Shown one piece after another: positions 1 to 9,359 of a stretch of DNA of 20,000 nt (position 1 is its first letter; each line of letters opens with the position of its first letter). The stretch comes from Chiloscyllium plagiosum. Lineage: Eukaryota. Below the pieces are notes generated by a model, which worked only from the letters and a program-made list of their open reading frames with translations, was not told the origin of the DNA and ran no database searches. The DNA is taken from assembly GCF_004010195.1 (NCBI RefSeq), contig NC_057760.1:4093751-4113750 (forward strand), given 5' to 3'. The position numbers and the translations under genes are program-made.

Positions 1-1632
1 GGATCACGTTGACATAAGTAGGGAAGATGTGTTGGATAGGCTAGAGGTTATTAGGATGGACAAATCCCCAGGACCGGATGAGATCTATCCCAGGTTGCTG
101 AGGGAGGCGAGAGAGGAAATAGCTGGGACCCTGACAGATATCTTTGTGGCATCCTTAAAGACAGGTGAGGTGCCGGAGGACTGGAGGGTTGCTCATGTTG
201 TCCCCCTGTATAAGAAGGGTAGTAGGGATATTCCGGGTAACTATAGACCAGTGAGCTGACGTTGGTGGTGGGAAAGATGCTGGAGAAGGTACTGAGGGAT
301 AGGATCTGTTTATATTTAGAAAAGAATGGGCTTATCAGTGATAGGCAACATGGGTTTTGTACAGGGGAGATTGTGCCTTACCAACTTAATAGAGTTCTTC
401 AAGGAAGTGACCAAGTTGATAGATGAAGGAAGGGCTGTTGATGTCATATATATGGACTTTAGTAAGGTGTTTGATAAGGTTCCCCATGGCAGACTAATGG
501 AGAAAGTGAAGTCATATGGTGTGCAGGGTGTTCTAGCTAGGTGGATAAATAACTGTTTGAGCAACAGGAGACAGAGAGTAGTAGTTGAAGGGAATTTCTT
601 GAAATGGAGAAAGGTGACCAGTGTGTTTCACAGGGGTCAGTGTTGGGGCTACTGTTGTTTGTGATAAACATAAATGATCTGGAAGAGGGCACTGTTGGTA
701 TGACCAGTAAGTTTGCAGATGACACAAAGATTGGTGGAGTAGCAGAAAGCATAAGGGACTGTCAGAGAATACAGGAGGATATAGATAGACTGGAGAGTTG
801 GGTGGAAAAGTGGCAGATGGCTTTCAATCCAGACAAATGTGAGATGATGCATTTAGGCAAGATTAATTCCAGAGCGAATTATACAATGAACGGAAAAGCT
901 ATGGGAAAAGTTGATGGGCAGAGACTACTGGGAGTGTAGGTCCATTGTATCCTGAAGGTTGCTGCACAGGTGGATAGAATGGTCAAGAAGGCACATAGTA
1001 TGCTTGCCTTCATTGGACGGGGTTTTGAATATAAGAGCTGGTAAGTCATGTTAAAATTGTACAAGATATTGGTTCGGCCACATTTAGAACACTGTGTACA
1101 GTTCTGGTCCGCACATTACCAAAAGGATGTGGACGCTTTGGAGAGAGTGCAAAGAAGGTTTACAAGGATGTTGCCTGGTATGGAAGGTGCTAGCTATGGA
1201 GAGAGGTTGAGTAGGTCAGGTTTATTTTCATTAGAAAAAAGGAGATTGAGGAGGGGACCTGATTGAGGTTTATAAAATCATGAAGGGTATAGACCGGGTG
1301 GAGAGAGACAAGCTTTTTCCCAGGGTGAAGGATTCAATAACGAGAGGTCACACTTTCAAGGTGAGAGGTGGAAAGTTCAAGGGGGATACACGCGGCTAGT
1401 ACTTCACACACCGGGTGGTGGGTGTTTTGGAACATGTTGCCAGCAGAGGTGGTAGAGGGAGGCACAGTAGATTCATTTAAGATGTGCCCAGATAAATGCA
1501 TGAGTAGGTGGGGAGCAGAGGGATACAGATGCTTTGGAATTGACCGACAGGTTTAGACAGTACATTTGGATCGGCTCAGGCTTGGCGGGCCGAAGGGCCT
1601 GTCCCTGGGTTGTAAATTTTCTTTGTTCTTTG
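1..1632 (+). mobile_element. CR1-clade (HER1-like) LINE, 3' part of ORF2 (RT) plus 3' tail, inactivated
   Basis: ORF fragments DKSPGPDEIYPRLLRE, GNYRPVS, CLTNLIEFF, DFSKVFDKVPH, QGSVLG, KFADDTK (FADD at 712-723), LVRPHLEHCVQFW; several frameshifts and stops; 3' tail GGGCCGAAGGGCCTG...TTCTTTGTTCTTTG. The 5' end runs off the window. Confidence 0.95.
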
Positions 1633-2035
1633 GAAAAAATGTCATGGAAAGTTCCCTTAGTTTATGTACCATTATCCTTTCATGTCCCCAGTTTGCACTC
1701 CTGATTTCCTTTTCAAGTTCCCCCTTGTATTTTCTAGACTCCTTCAAGGGCTTCTGCTGTTTTGGGCCATTAGGATCAGTCGTAAGCATACCTTTTTAAT
1801 CCATATATCCCTCGATTTGTTGGTCCCACCCTTTATCTTTTATTTGAACATGTTGGCCCTGTACTTTTCCTATTTCCCTCTTGATTGCATCCCACTGCTT
1901 TGACATAGATTTTCCTGGAAGTATCTGCTCCCAAGTTTCTCTGGTCAAATCACATCTGATCTCATTAAAATAAGCCTACTCCCATTTAAAATTTTGATTT
2001 CCTGGTCTTTAAAAAATCTTCCTTTTCCCAGACAA
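1633..2035 (-). mobile_element. Old CR1 ORF2 fragment (region between endonuclease and RT)
   Basis: Minus strand gives KYKGELEKEIRSANWGHE and WEQILPGKSMSKQWDAIKREIGKVQGQHV, typical of the CR1 ORF2 linker; degraded. Confidence 0.75.
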
Positions 2036-2121
2036 CAGAGTATTCCCTCGATTCCATTGACGTCTTACTTCCATAATCACCTCCAGATTGCAACCCCTAA
2101 GATATCTGCACAACTCCGATG

Positions 2122-2232
2122 CAGGGATAGGTTAGGGAGAATTGAGTCTAGTTGGGATGCTCTTCAGAGGATTGGTGTGGATTCAATGGGCTGAACAATT
2201 TGCTTCCATGCTGTAAGGATTCTGTGGTGCTA
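2122..2232 (+). mobile_element. HE1-like SINE, 3' portion
   Basis: GGGATGCTCTTCAGAGGATTGGTGTGGATTCAATGGGCTGAA...GCTTCCATGCTGTAAGGATTCTGTG resembles the shark HE1 SINE / CR1-derived tail (from recall, not aligned). Confidence 0.6.
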
Positions 2233-2254
2233 TTAATTCTAGACTTTATACATC

Positions 2255-2400
2255 CATGCTTTTCTTGGCTCTACTGTTGGTGGTCGTACTATCGGCTGCC
2301 CGGGTCCTGAGCTCTGGCATTACTTCCCTAAATCTCTGTCTGTCTGTCACCTTTTAAAATGCTTTTCAATTTATTTGTTTACTTGATTCGAGTTCACTGT
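2255..2400 (+). mobile_element. L2-type LINE 3' end fragment, degraded
   Basis: TGTTGGTGGTCGTACTATCGGCTGCCCGGGTCCTGAGCTCTGGCATTACTTCCCTAAA...CCTTTTAAAATGCT matches the 'GGRAFS..GP.LWNSLP' L2 ORF2 end pattern. Confidence 0.55.
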
Positions 2401-3000
2401 AGTCAGACAACCTCAAGCAGTGACTTCTCTTCCTGTCTTTGCAGATTTACCTCCAGAATTCCTTGGGGATTGAGCTTTTGGTTCCTCATATTTTTTACGC
2501 ATGTGCTGATTCGTGGAATTAAAACACCGCATCAAGTTCCACTGACATGTTGATGATGATGACATGTTCCACTGCCCCTCACCCACTGCTGTTGACATCT
2601 TCTCTGTATCAGATTGGTCAGGCTTCGTGTTTGACATGAGACGTTTGATGAACTCAACCTCCTTCAGTGAATCATAGAGGAGCTTGAAGCCATAGTCCTT
2701 TGCCCCAGCCATAAGCTCTGGCCTTGCAACATCAACATCCCCTGTTTTCTTGGTTGCTGCGTCAGGCTGAAACTGACAGGGTGCAGCATCTGTAAACCGA
2801 GGTGAATCAGAATCTGATTCTGAAGACTACATGTATATCTTCACTCCCTTAGTCCATTGCTGTCTGACCTTCTTTCTCTGCTTCACTGAGCTGCTGCTAA
2901 AATCCTCATTCCTGCAGGTCTCCTGTTCTTATATTCCCTTTAGTTGCCCTTCTGTAATGTCCTTCCTCAGAAAACTGATCATTCAGAAAATTGCTAATAT

Positions 3001-3101
3001 TTTTAGTCAACCTGTTCAGGGATGTTATAGTGCATGTCAGGAACAGGTGGGGCTTGAGCCAGGGCCTTCTGGCTCAGAGACAGATATACTACCACTGTAC
3101 C
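3001..3101 (-). mobile_element. Short tRNA-derived SINE
   Basis: Reverse complement begins GGTACAGTGGTAG (A-box-like), then GGCTCAAGCCC (degenerate B box), and ends AACATCCCTGAACAGGTTGACTAAAA. Confidence 0.55.
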
Positions 3102-3372
3102 TTCTTTATGTATTCTATCTCATTCAGTGCTGTCCAAGTTCATTCACACTGGCTTCCTATCCCCAATGCATTGATTTAAATTTGTCATTGTTTTCAAATT
3201 CCTTTCAGGGTTGTGTCTCTGTGACCAACTCCAATTTCAGATACCTTCACATGTCCTTCAGTCTAATTCTAGCCTCTTAGAAGTCAGTGGTAACAAATTG
3301 AATACTACTGAGCTTTCCTTGAAATCCAACTCCTTATTTCCAGTGCCCTAAATGACAGCCTTGTTCCCCTAG

Positions 3373-3519
3373 GTTTGCAGCTGACTTTTGATGTGAGGAA
3401 GAAATACCAGCAGATGAAAGGTTTTGGAGGTGCGATCACTGATGCTGCAGCTATCAACATTCTCTCACTTTCTGCTGGGTCCCAGGAAAATCTTCTCCGA
3501 TCCTACTTTTCCGAAGAAG
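3373..3519 (+). CDS. GBA1: Glucosylceramidase (GH30), exon equivalent to human exon 4
   Basis: cctag|GT...GAAG|gtttgt; 147 nt; [49 protein letters not shown] versus human KGFGGAMTDAAALNIL...SYFSEEG. Confidence 0.97.
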
Positions 3520-3671
3520 GTTTGTGTGGATCAAAATTAAAGCATGCTGCAAAAGACCAGGAATTATTAACAGGCCCCTGTGTGGTTATATCTTCCTTGT
3601 CATAGCGTCCACAGAAAAGCTCAGCTTTGGAAACACTGACACATTCATCTTGCCAATTTTTCCGAATGCAG

Positions 3672-3805
3672 GAATTGAGTACAATATTATCCGTGTACCG
3701 ATGGCGAGCTGTGATTTTTCAACACGTGTGTACACTTATGATGACCATTCTGGAGACCTGGATCTGCAACACTTCAGTTTGACAGAGGAAGACACCAAAA
3801 TGAAG
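3672..3805 (+). CDS. GBA1: Glucosylceramidase, exon equivalent to human exon 5
   Basis: tgcag|GA...ATGAAG|gttaaa; 134 nt; [44 protein letters not shown]. Confidence 0.97.
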
Positions 3806-4106
3806 GTTAAATGCTTGCCCTTCTTTGCACGTTTGATAGGAACAATTGGACATTTGGGAGGGAAGGGATAGTGTCAGCCTTAGCCTTCCTGCGACAGCAG
3901 CCTTTCCCTGATTTGGCTTCTTCCGTCTCTCCCACATTGCCTCTCCTTCCTCTGTTTTCATGTCCTTTCTACCACTGCCCCCTCACATTTCCCCCCCTTG
4001 CCCTTCCCTCAGTGTCTTCCTTCAGTGCCTCCTCCTGTTCTCCCCTTCACGCCCATCCCCTGGTGTTCCTCATCTCCTGAGCTCACTCAGCTCCCCTTTA
4101 TCCTAT

Positions 4107-4316
4107 GGAGGAGAAAGTGAGGTCTGCAGATGCTGGAGATCAAAGTTGAAACTTTATTGCTGGAACAGCACAGCAGGTCAGGCAGCATCCAGGGAACAGG
4201 CGATTCGACGTTTTGGGCACAGGCCCTTCTTCAGGAAGGGCCTGTGCCCGAAACGTCGAATCTCCTGTTCCCTGGATGCTGCCTGACCTGCTGTGCTGTT
4301 CCAGCAATAAAGTTTC
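4107..4316. mobile_element. Fold-back (inverted-repeat) Penelope-like terminal fragment, copy A, with 15-bp TSD
   Basis: 82-bp inverted arms 4148-4229 / 4235-4316 (2 mismatches, 5-nt loop); TCCCCTTTATCCTAT at 4092-4106 and 4315-4329; same sequence family as the PLE 3' ends at 15055 and 19818. Confidence 0.88.
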
Positions 4317-4469
4317 CCCTTTATCCTATCCCTTCTCTTCTTTCCATTGCCATTTGTCTAGCCATTTTCCTGCATTTTTATAAGCCCAAGAATTGACCTT
4401 AGCATAACTCCACTGGTGGAATGTGAACACTCCCATTCAAATCTGATCTTTTTTTTCTTCTCCAACTAG

Positions 4470-4642
4470 ATCCCAATTATTCAAGCGGCCAAAGCAGTCT
4501 CCAAACGTCCCATGTCCTTGTTTGCGAGTCCATGGACTGCTCCACCCTGGATGAAAACAAGCAATTCAACAATTGGGAAGGGGACTTTGAAGGGGAAGCC
4601 TGGAGGAAAATACTACAAGTCATGGGCAAAGTATTTCATCAG
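4470..4642 (+). CDS. GBA1: Glucosylceramidase, exon equivalent to human exon 6
   Basis: Polypyrimidine tract, ctag|ATC...ATCAG|gtgaaa; 173 nt; IPIIQAAKAVSKRPMSLFASPWTAPPWMKTSNSTIGKGTLKGKPGGKYYKSWAKYFIR (not in the ORF track in this frame). Confidence 0.97.
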
Positions 4643-5462
4643 GTGAAACAGACACTTTTATCTCCCTGCCCAAGGTGCACTGGGACAAATCGGTTTGAAT
4701 CTCTTTCAGGGCCTTTTGGGAGAAGGCGATGCTGTGCAAATCAGTTTGAGAACTGGCAGCTCATTGGTAACTGTGATTTGGTTTGTGTGGTTTTGTTCTT
4801 TAAGATGAAAATCTGTTGAATGGAAAAGGTCAAGTGCAGATGAAAAGTAAACACATTTAAAAATTTTTTTTTGCTTTTTTTCACCTGTCTGGTCTCTAAC
4901 CTGAGCATTTCTTGTGTCAAGTTGTAAGTCTCTTTGTACACAAATGAACAGTCAGAAATATCGATCCATTTCTCAGAGGGTGCACACATATAAAGTGACT
5001 GATTTCTGAGTATAACACTGTATTCTCTTCCTGTGTCCTGTCACTCCTTGAACGTTTCCAAAGGCCATATTTTACCTGGAAGGGATCAAGTCCTTTAACC
5101 AATTTTACACATAAATCCCTACATATTCCCTCCCTGCCACATGCTGGGAACACACAGCGTGTGATTGATGGTTCACTTCAGAGCTTTAAACTCAGCTGCT
5201 GGTTTTGAATTAGGTTCTCAACAGAAAAGGCAACAATTTTTGAGTTCCTAATCAAAAGTATATTCTTGTGGAAGAATAAAATTTAATTGAATTTGGTATT
5301 GACAATTTCCCATCAATCTTGTTTCACAAACTCTATTCTCCCCTCTTCCCCCATTCGCCCCATCCCGCCCCCCTTGCTTTCTCTCGGTTTTTTTTCCTGC
5401 TGCTCTTTCTTTTGCTCATAGTTTACTTCTCCATCTCTCTTTTCATCCCTCTCTCTTTCCAG

Positions 5463-5700
5463 GTTTCTGGATGAATATGCAAAACACAACCTCACATTTT
5501 GGGCATTGACAGCACAGAATGAGCCCACCACAGGAATGCTGACTGATTATAGCTTCCAGTGCATGGGCTTTACAGCAGAGATGCAGCGAGATTTCATTCT
5601 GCTTGACCTTGGGCCTGCATTACAGAGCAGTGCTCACAAGGACGTGCAGCTTATGATCCTTGATGATCAAAGACTCTTGTTGCCCTATTGGGCAAACGTG
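5463..5700 (+). CDS. GBA1: Glucosylceramidase, exon equivalent to human exon 7 (acid/base Glu235)
   Basis: ttccag|G...GTG|gtgagt; 238 nt; [24 protein letters not shown]...[18 protein letters not shown] glutamate codon at 5521-5523. Confidence 0.97.
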
Positions 5701-6252
5701 GTGAGTGTGATTTGAGATGAACTCTCAAAAACAACAGCTACATTTGAATGGGTATGAAGAGCAGCTTCTTGTTGGTAACCTGTTAAGCTATTCAGTATAA
5801 AGAATGCTTCTTTGCTGTATACATCTGCAAATACTGAACTTTGCCGGCAACACAGATTCCAGTCAAATGAAACAGTGTTGAAATGACCATTGCAGAGCAC
5901 CAGTTCAGGAGTGTTGGTATGGATGGTCTTGAAATGTGTGCAAGGGACTATGGTAATGGGAGGGATGGGCAGGGCCAAGGCCAAGAGGTGGCTGCTCAGG
6001 AGAATGGACAAGACCAGGACACCCAGCTGAGAGTCTTGTGGGGAAGGAGATTGATTGCATGCATGGGTATGCACACCAAGCATTTAGTGCACATTTTGTC
6101 CTGATCTGAACCCCAACAATGAATGAAAAGCAAGTGCAGTCATTTGGAAACCTTCAGAGTCTGAAGGTGTTTTATGCAGTCTGTCCAACACTGAATGTCA
6201 CAAAGATTCTGCAACACTGACATTAAAACATCTTTTCTCCCTATCCCACTAG

Positions 6253-6477
6253 GTCTTGAGTGATGTGCGTGTTGCTCAGTATGTACATGGCGTTGCAGTG
6301 CACTGGTACCTCGATATGCTGACTCCAGCTGACAAAACTCTGGGCAGCACACAGGAGCTTTTCCCAGAATATTACCTGTTTTCCACAGAGGCCTGCACTG
6401 GATACTTGCCGTGGGAACACACAGTGCAATTGGGAAGTTGGGAGCGAGGTGCCATGTACAGCTATGACATGATTCAG
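6253..6477 (+). CDS. GBA1: Glucosylceramidase, exon equivalent to human exon 8 (nucleophile Glu340)
   Basis: actag|GTC...CAG|gtcagt; 225 nt; VLSDVRVAQYVHGVAVHWYLD...FSTEACTG...LGSWERG...YDMIQ; Glu codon at 6388-6390. Confidence 0.97.
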
Positions 6478-6898
6478 GTCAGTGGGTGAGAGGGAGAATG
6501 GGAAATGAACTGAAATGAGTTGAGCAAGAATGAGCCATGAGTCCTCCTGTGTGGAGCCCCCAGGTGGTGATGGTTAGACTCTGCAATGTGAACTACAGTA
6601 AGTTTGGTACAGTTTTGGATTTGTGATGGGTATGTTATAGAGTCATAGAGATTGTCTGAAGGGGAATAAACCTAAGTATTACCATTTAGCCCCTCTCCAG
6701 TGTCTTGTAAATAGTGTCCTCGGCAGAAGCTGTTCAGTTAACCTCTACGCCATCAGACAACAGAGATCAAAACTTCACTGGCTTTTCTGTGGTCATCAGC
6801 CACAGCTGCAAAGCATGAACATGGAGATAGAAAACCCAGTGAAAGTGGTACTGGTGAAAACTAAGGAGAGAAGCAGACCGGAGAGCTTTCAGCAAGGT

Positions 6899-6926
6899 TG
6901 GGGGGGGGGGGGGAGGGGGGAGGGGT
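6899..6926 (+). repeat. Poly-G / G-rich tract
   Basis: G14-A-G6-A-G4 run seen directly. Confidence 0.85.
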
Positions 6927-7049
6927 AAGGATCACATTTGAGAAAATGTGATTAAATTGAATAGTGAAGATATGAGACTAGAGAAAGTTGGCCATCGGGG
7001 CAATGATCAGAGTACGACAGAAAAGGATGGGGCAGAGGCATAGTCAATG

Positions 7050-7379
7050 GGGAGGTGATGGCCTAGTGATATTATCACTGGACTGTTAATCCAGATACCC
7101 AGATAATGTTCTAGGGACCTGCGTTCAAATCCCACCACGGCAGATGGTACAGTTTGAATTCAATAAATATCTTGAATTAAGAATCTAATGATAACCGTGA
7201 ATTCTTTGCCAATTGTCAGAAAAACCCATCTGGTTCACTCACTTCCTTTAAGGAAGGAAACTGCCATCCTGACCTAGTCTGGCCTCCATGTGACTCTAGA
7301 CCCACAGCAATGTGATTGGCTCTTAACTGCCCTCTGGGCAATAAATACTTCATAGCCATCACATGAATGAATTAAAAAA
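7050..7379 (+). mobile_element. tRNA-derived SINE, near full length, L2-like tail
   Basis: A box TGGCCTAGTG near 7059, B box GTTCAAATCC near 7123, 3' end CATGAATGAATTAAAAAA. Confidence 0.8.
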
Positions 7380-7414
7380 CAGCATCATCAGATGATGCTG
7401 TTGATTACAACATT

Positions 7415-7530
7415 GACAACTCAGGGCTCTGTATTTGAATGGACTCTAGAATCTGGAATAAGACTGATGAATTGAGAACAGTAAATCGAAAAAAAACAAG
7501 TGTGATATAGTCACAATTGCAGGAACATCC
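7415..7530 (+). mobile_element. CR1 ORF2 endonuclease N-terminal remnant
   Basis: With frameshifts reads LRALYLNG..IWNKTDELR..IEKNKCDIVTIAGT, resembling the CR1 'LYLNARSI.NK.DEL...YD.IAITETW' motif. Confidence 0.55.
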
Positions 7531-7544
7531 AATGTCAGAATTGT

Positions 7545-8057
7545 TAAAGTATAAGGAGGCCATTTGGCCCATTGTATTTGTGGTGCCTCTCTAAGCAAGC
7601 ATCTTGTAGTGCCATTCACTTGCTTGCTCCCTTTAGGCTCCGGAATTTGTTCATTTCTGATTCTCTTTTGAAAGTGCCTGTTGGCTCCTCCAGACACTGG
7701 GGTGGTGCATTCCAGACCTTAATGGATCCTAATGTGAATCCAGTCTGTCAATGAGAGAGAATCAAGGCACCTTTCTTTCTCAATGGGAGTTTTGGCCAGT
7801 GAAGAACCCCACAATAAACTTTCCGGCCAGTTCGATAAACATCTGTGAATCTAACCATTTTGTGCCACTCAGCCAGTTTTATATCCATGTTGCTCTGGTC
7901 CCTTTTATTCAATGAGCTCTAATTTTGCTCACAAGTTCATTTGCAGCATTGCATCAAATGTCTTATATATACCAGATCCACAGCACTGCCTTGATTGACC
8001 CTCTCTGTTATCTCTTCAATCAATTCCAGAAAATTAGTTAAATGTGAGTTTCCTTTA
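7545..8057 (-). mobile_element. Old CR1 fragments (3' tail ~7545-7730; RT piece ~7850-8057)
   Basis: GGAGGCCATTTGGCCC tail motif reversed; minus strand KGNSHLTNFLELIEEITERVNQGSAVD. Confidence 0.7.
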
Positions 8058-8126
8058 GGAATCTGATTGAAGGTAGAGAGAAGATATGGTGTACATGGAT
8101 TTTAGCAAGGCGTTTGATAAGATTTC

Positions 8127-8335
8127 TTCGAGGAGAAAGTGAGGTCTGCAGATGCTGGAGATCAAAGTTGAAACTTTATTGCTGGAACAGCACAGCAGGT
8201 TAGGCAGCATCCAGGGAACAGGAGATTCGACGTTTCGGGCACGTTCCTGAAGAAGGGCCTGTGCCCGAAACGTCGAATCTCCTGTTCCCTGGATGCTGCC
8301 TGACCTGCTGTGCTGTTCCAGCAATAAAGTTTCAA
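8127..8335. mobile_element. Fold-back Penelope-like terminal fragment, copy B, with 15-bp TSD
   Basis: 75-bp inverted arms 8168-8242 / 8261-8335 (1 mismatch, 18-nt loop); GTTTGATAAGATTTC at 8112-8126 and 8336-8350. Confidence 0.9.
8243..8278 (+). ncRNA. Putative minimal type I hammerhead ribozyme (PLE type)
   Basis: gttc-CTGAAGA-a-GGGC(ctgt)GCCC-GAAA-cg-TC-gaat: CUGANGA and GAAA core, stem II, palindromic ACGU in place of stem III, GUC cleavage triplet, 4-bp helix I. Activity not shown. Confidence 0.7.
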
Positions 8336-9359
8336 GTTTGATAAGATTTCCCATTTTAGGCTCATTCAGGAGTAAGGAGGCAAGGGATACAGGGAAATCT
8401 GGCTGTCTGGATACTGAATTGGCTGGCCCATTGAAAACAGAGGGTGGTAGTAGATGGAAAGTATTCAGCCTGGAGCTCGGTGACCAGTGGTGTTCCATAG
8501 GGATCTGTTCTGGGGCCTCTGCTCTTTGTGATTTTTTTTTATATAAACGACTTGGATGAGAAAGTGCAAGGGTAGGTTAGTAAGTTTGCCGATGACAAGA
8601 CGCTTGGTGGAGTTGTGGATAGTGTGGAGGACTGTTGTCAATTGCAAAGGACGTTGACAGGATGCAGAGCTGGACTGAGAAATAGCAGATGGTATTCAAC
8701 CTGGAAGAGTGGAAGATCAAATCTGAATGCAGATTACAGGGTTAAAGACAGGATTCTTGGCAGTGTGGAGGAACAGAGGGATCTTGGGGTCCACGTCCAT
8801 AGATCCCTCAAAGTTGCCACCCAAGTTGATAGGATTGTAAAAATGCAAATGTCATGTTGGCTTTCATCAGCAGGGGATTGAGTTTGAGCCATGAGGTTAT
8901 GCCGCAGCTCTATAAAGCCCTGGTCAGACCACCCTTGGAATATTGTGTTCGGTTCTAGTCTCCTCGTTATAGGAATGATGTGGAAGTTTTAGAGAGGGAT
9001 CAGAGGAGATTGACCAGGATGCTGCCTGGACTTGAGGGCATGTCTTATGAAGAAAGGTTGAGGGAACTAGAGCTTTTTTCATTGGAGTGAAGAAGGGTGA
9101 GAGGCAACTTGATAGAGGTGTACAAGATGATGAGGGGCATAGGTAGAGCGAATAGTCCAAGACTTGTTTCCAGGGCTGAAATGGCAATCACAAGAGGCCA
9201 TAATTTTAAGGTGATTAGAGGAAGGTTTAGGGGAGATGTTAGAGGTAGGTGCTTTGCACAGATAGGACTCTTGAATAGGCACATGGATGATAATAAAATG
9301 AAGGGTATGTAGGTTAGGCTGATCTTCGATTTTGATAAAAGGTCAGCACAACATGGTTT

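Larger units (their letters stand above)
8058..9356 (+). mobile_element. 5'-truncated CR1 LINE, interrupted at 8127-8335 by a PLE fold-back insertion
   Basis: VYMDFSKAFDK, KFADD, RILGSVEEQRDLGVHVH, RGNLIEVYKMMRG, tail to GGTCAGCACAACAT; internal deletion near 9262. Confidence 0.92.

Noticed and set aside
2831..3280. 149-aa plus-strand ORF
   Set aside because: Low-complexity F/L/S/C-rich translation crossing a SINE; no recognisable domain.
1..3372. GBA1 exon 3 (CVCNATYCD)
   Set aside because: No such motif found; the region is mostly repeats, so exons 1-3 are presumably upstream.
4107..4316. pre-miRNA or classical MITE
   Set aside because: The stem is near-perfect and multi-copy, the TSD is long, the ends are asymmetric, and the sequence matches the PLE termini at 15055 and 19818.
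4130..4396. Recurrent small ORFs (ETLLLEQHSRSGSI / PETSNLLFPGCCLTCCA) as a peptide family
   Set aside because: Incidental translations of the non-coding PLE terminal repeat on both strands.
7050..7140. tRNA gene
   Set aside because: A and B boxes are present but continue into a SINE body and tail; no complete cloverleaf.
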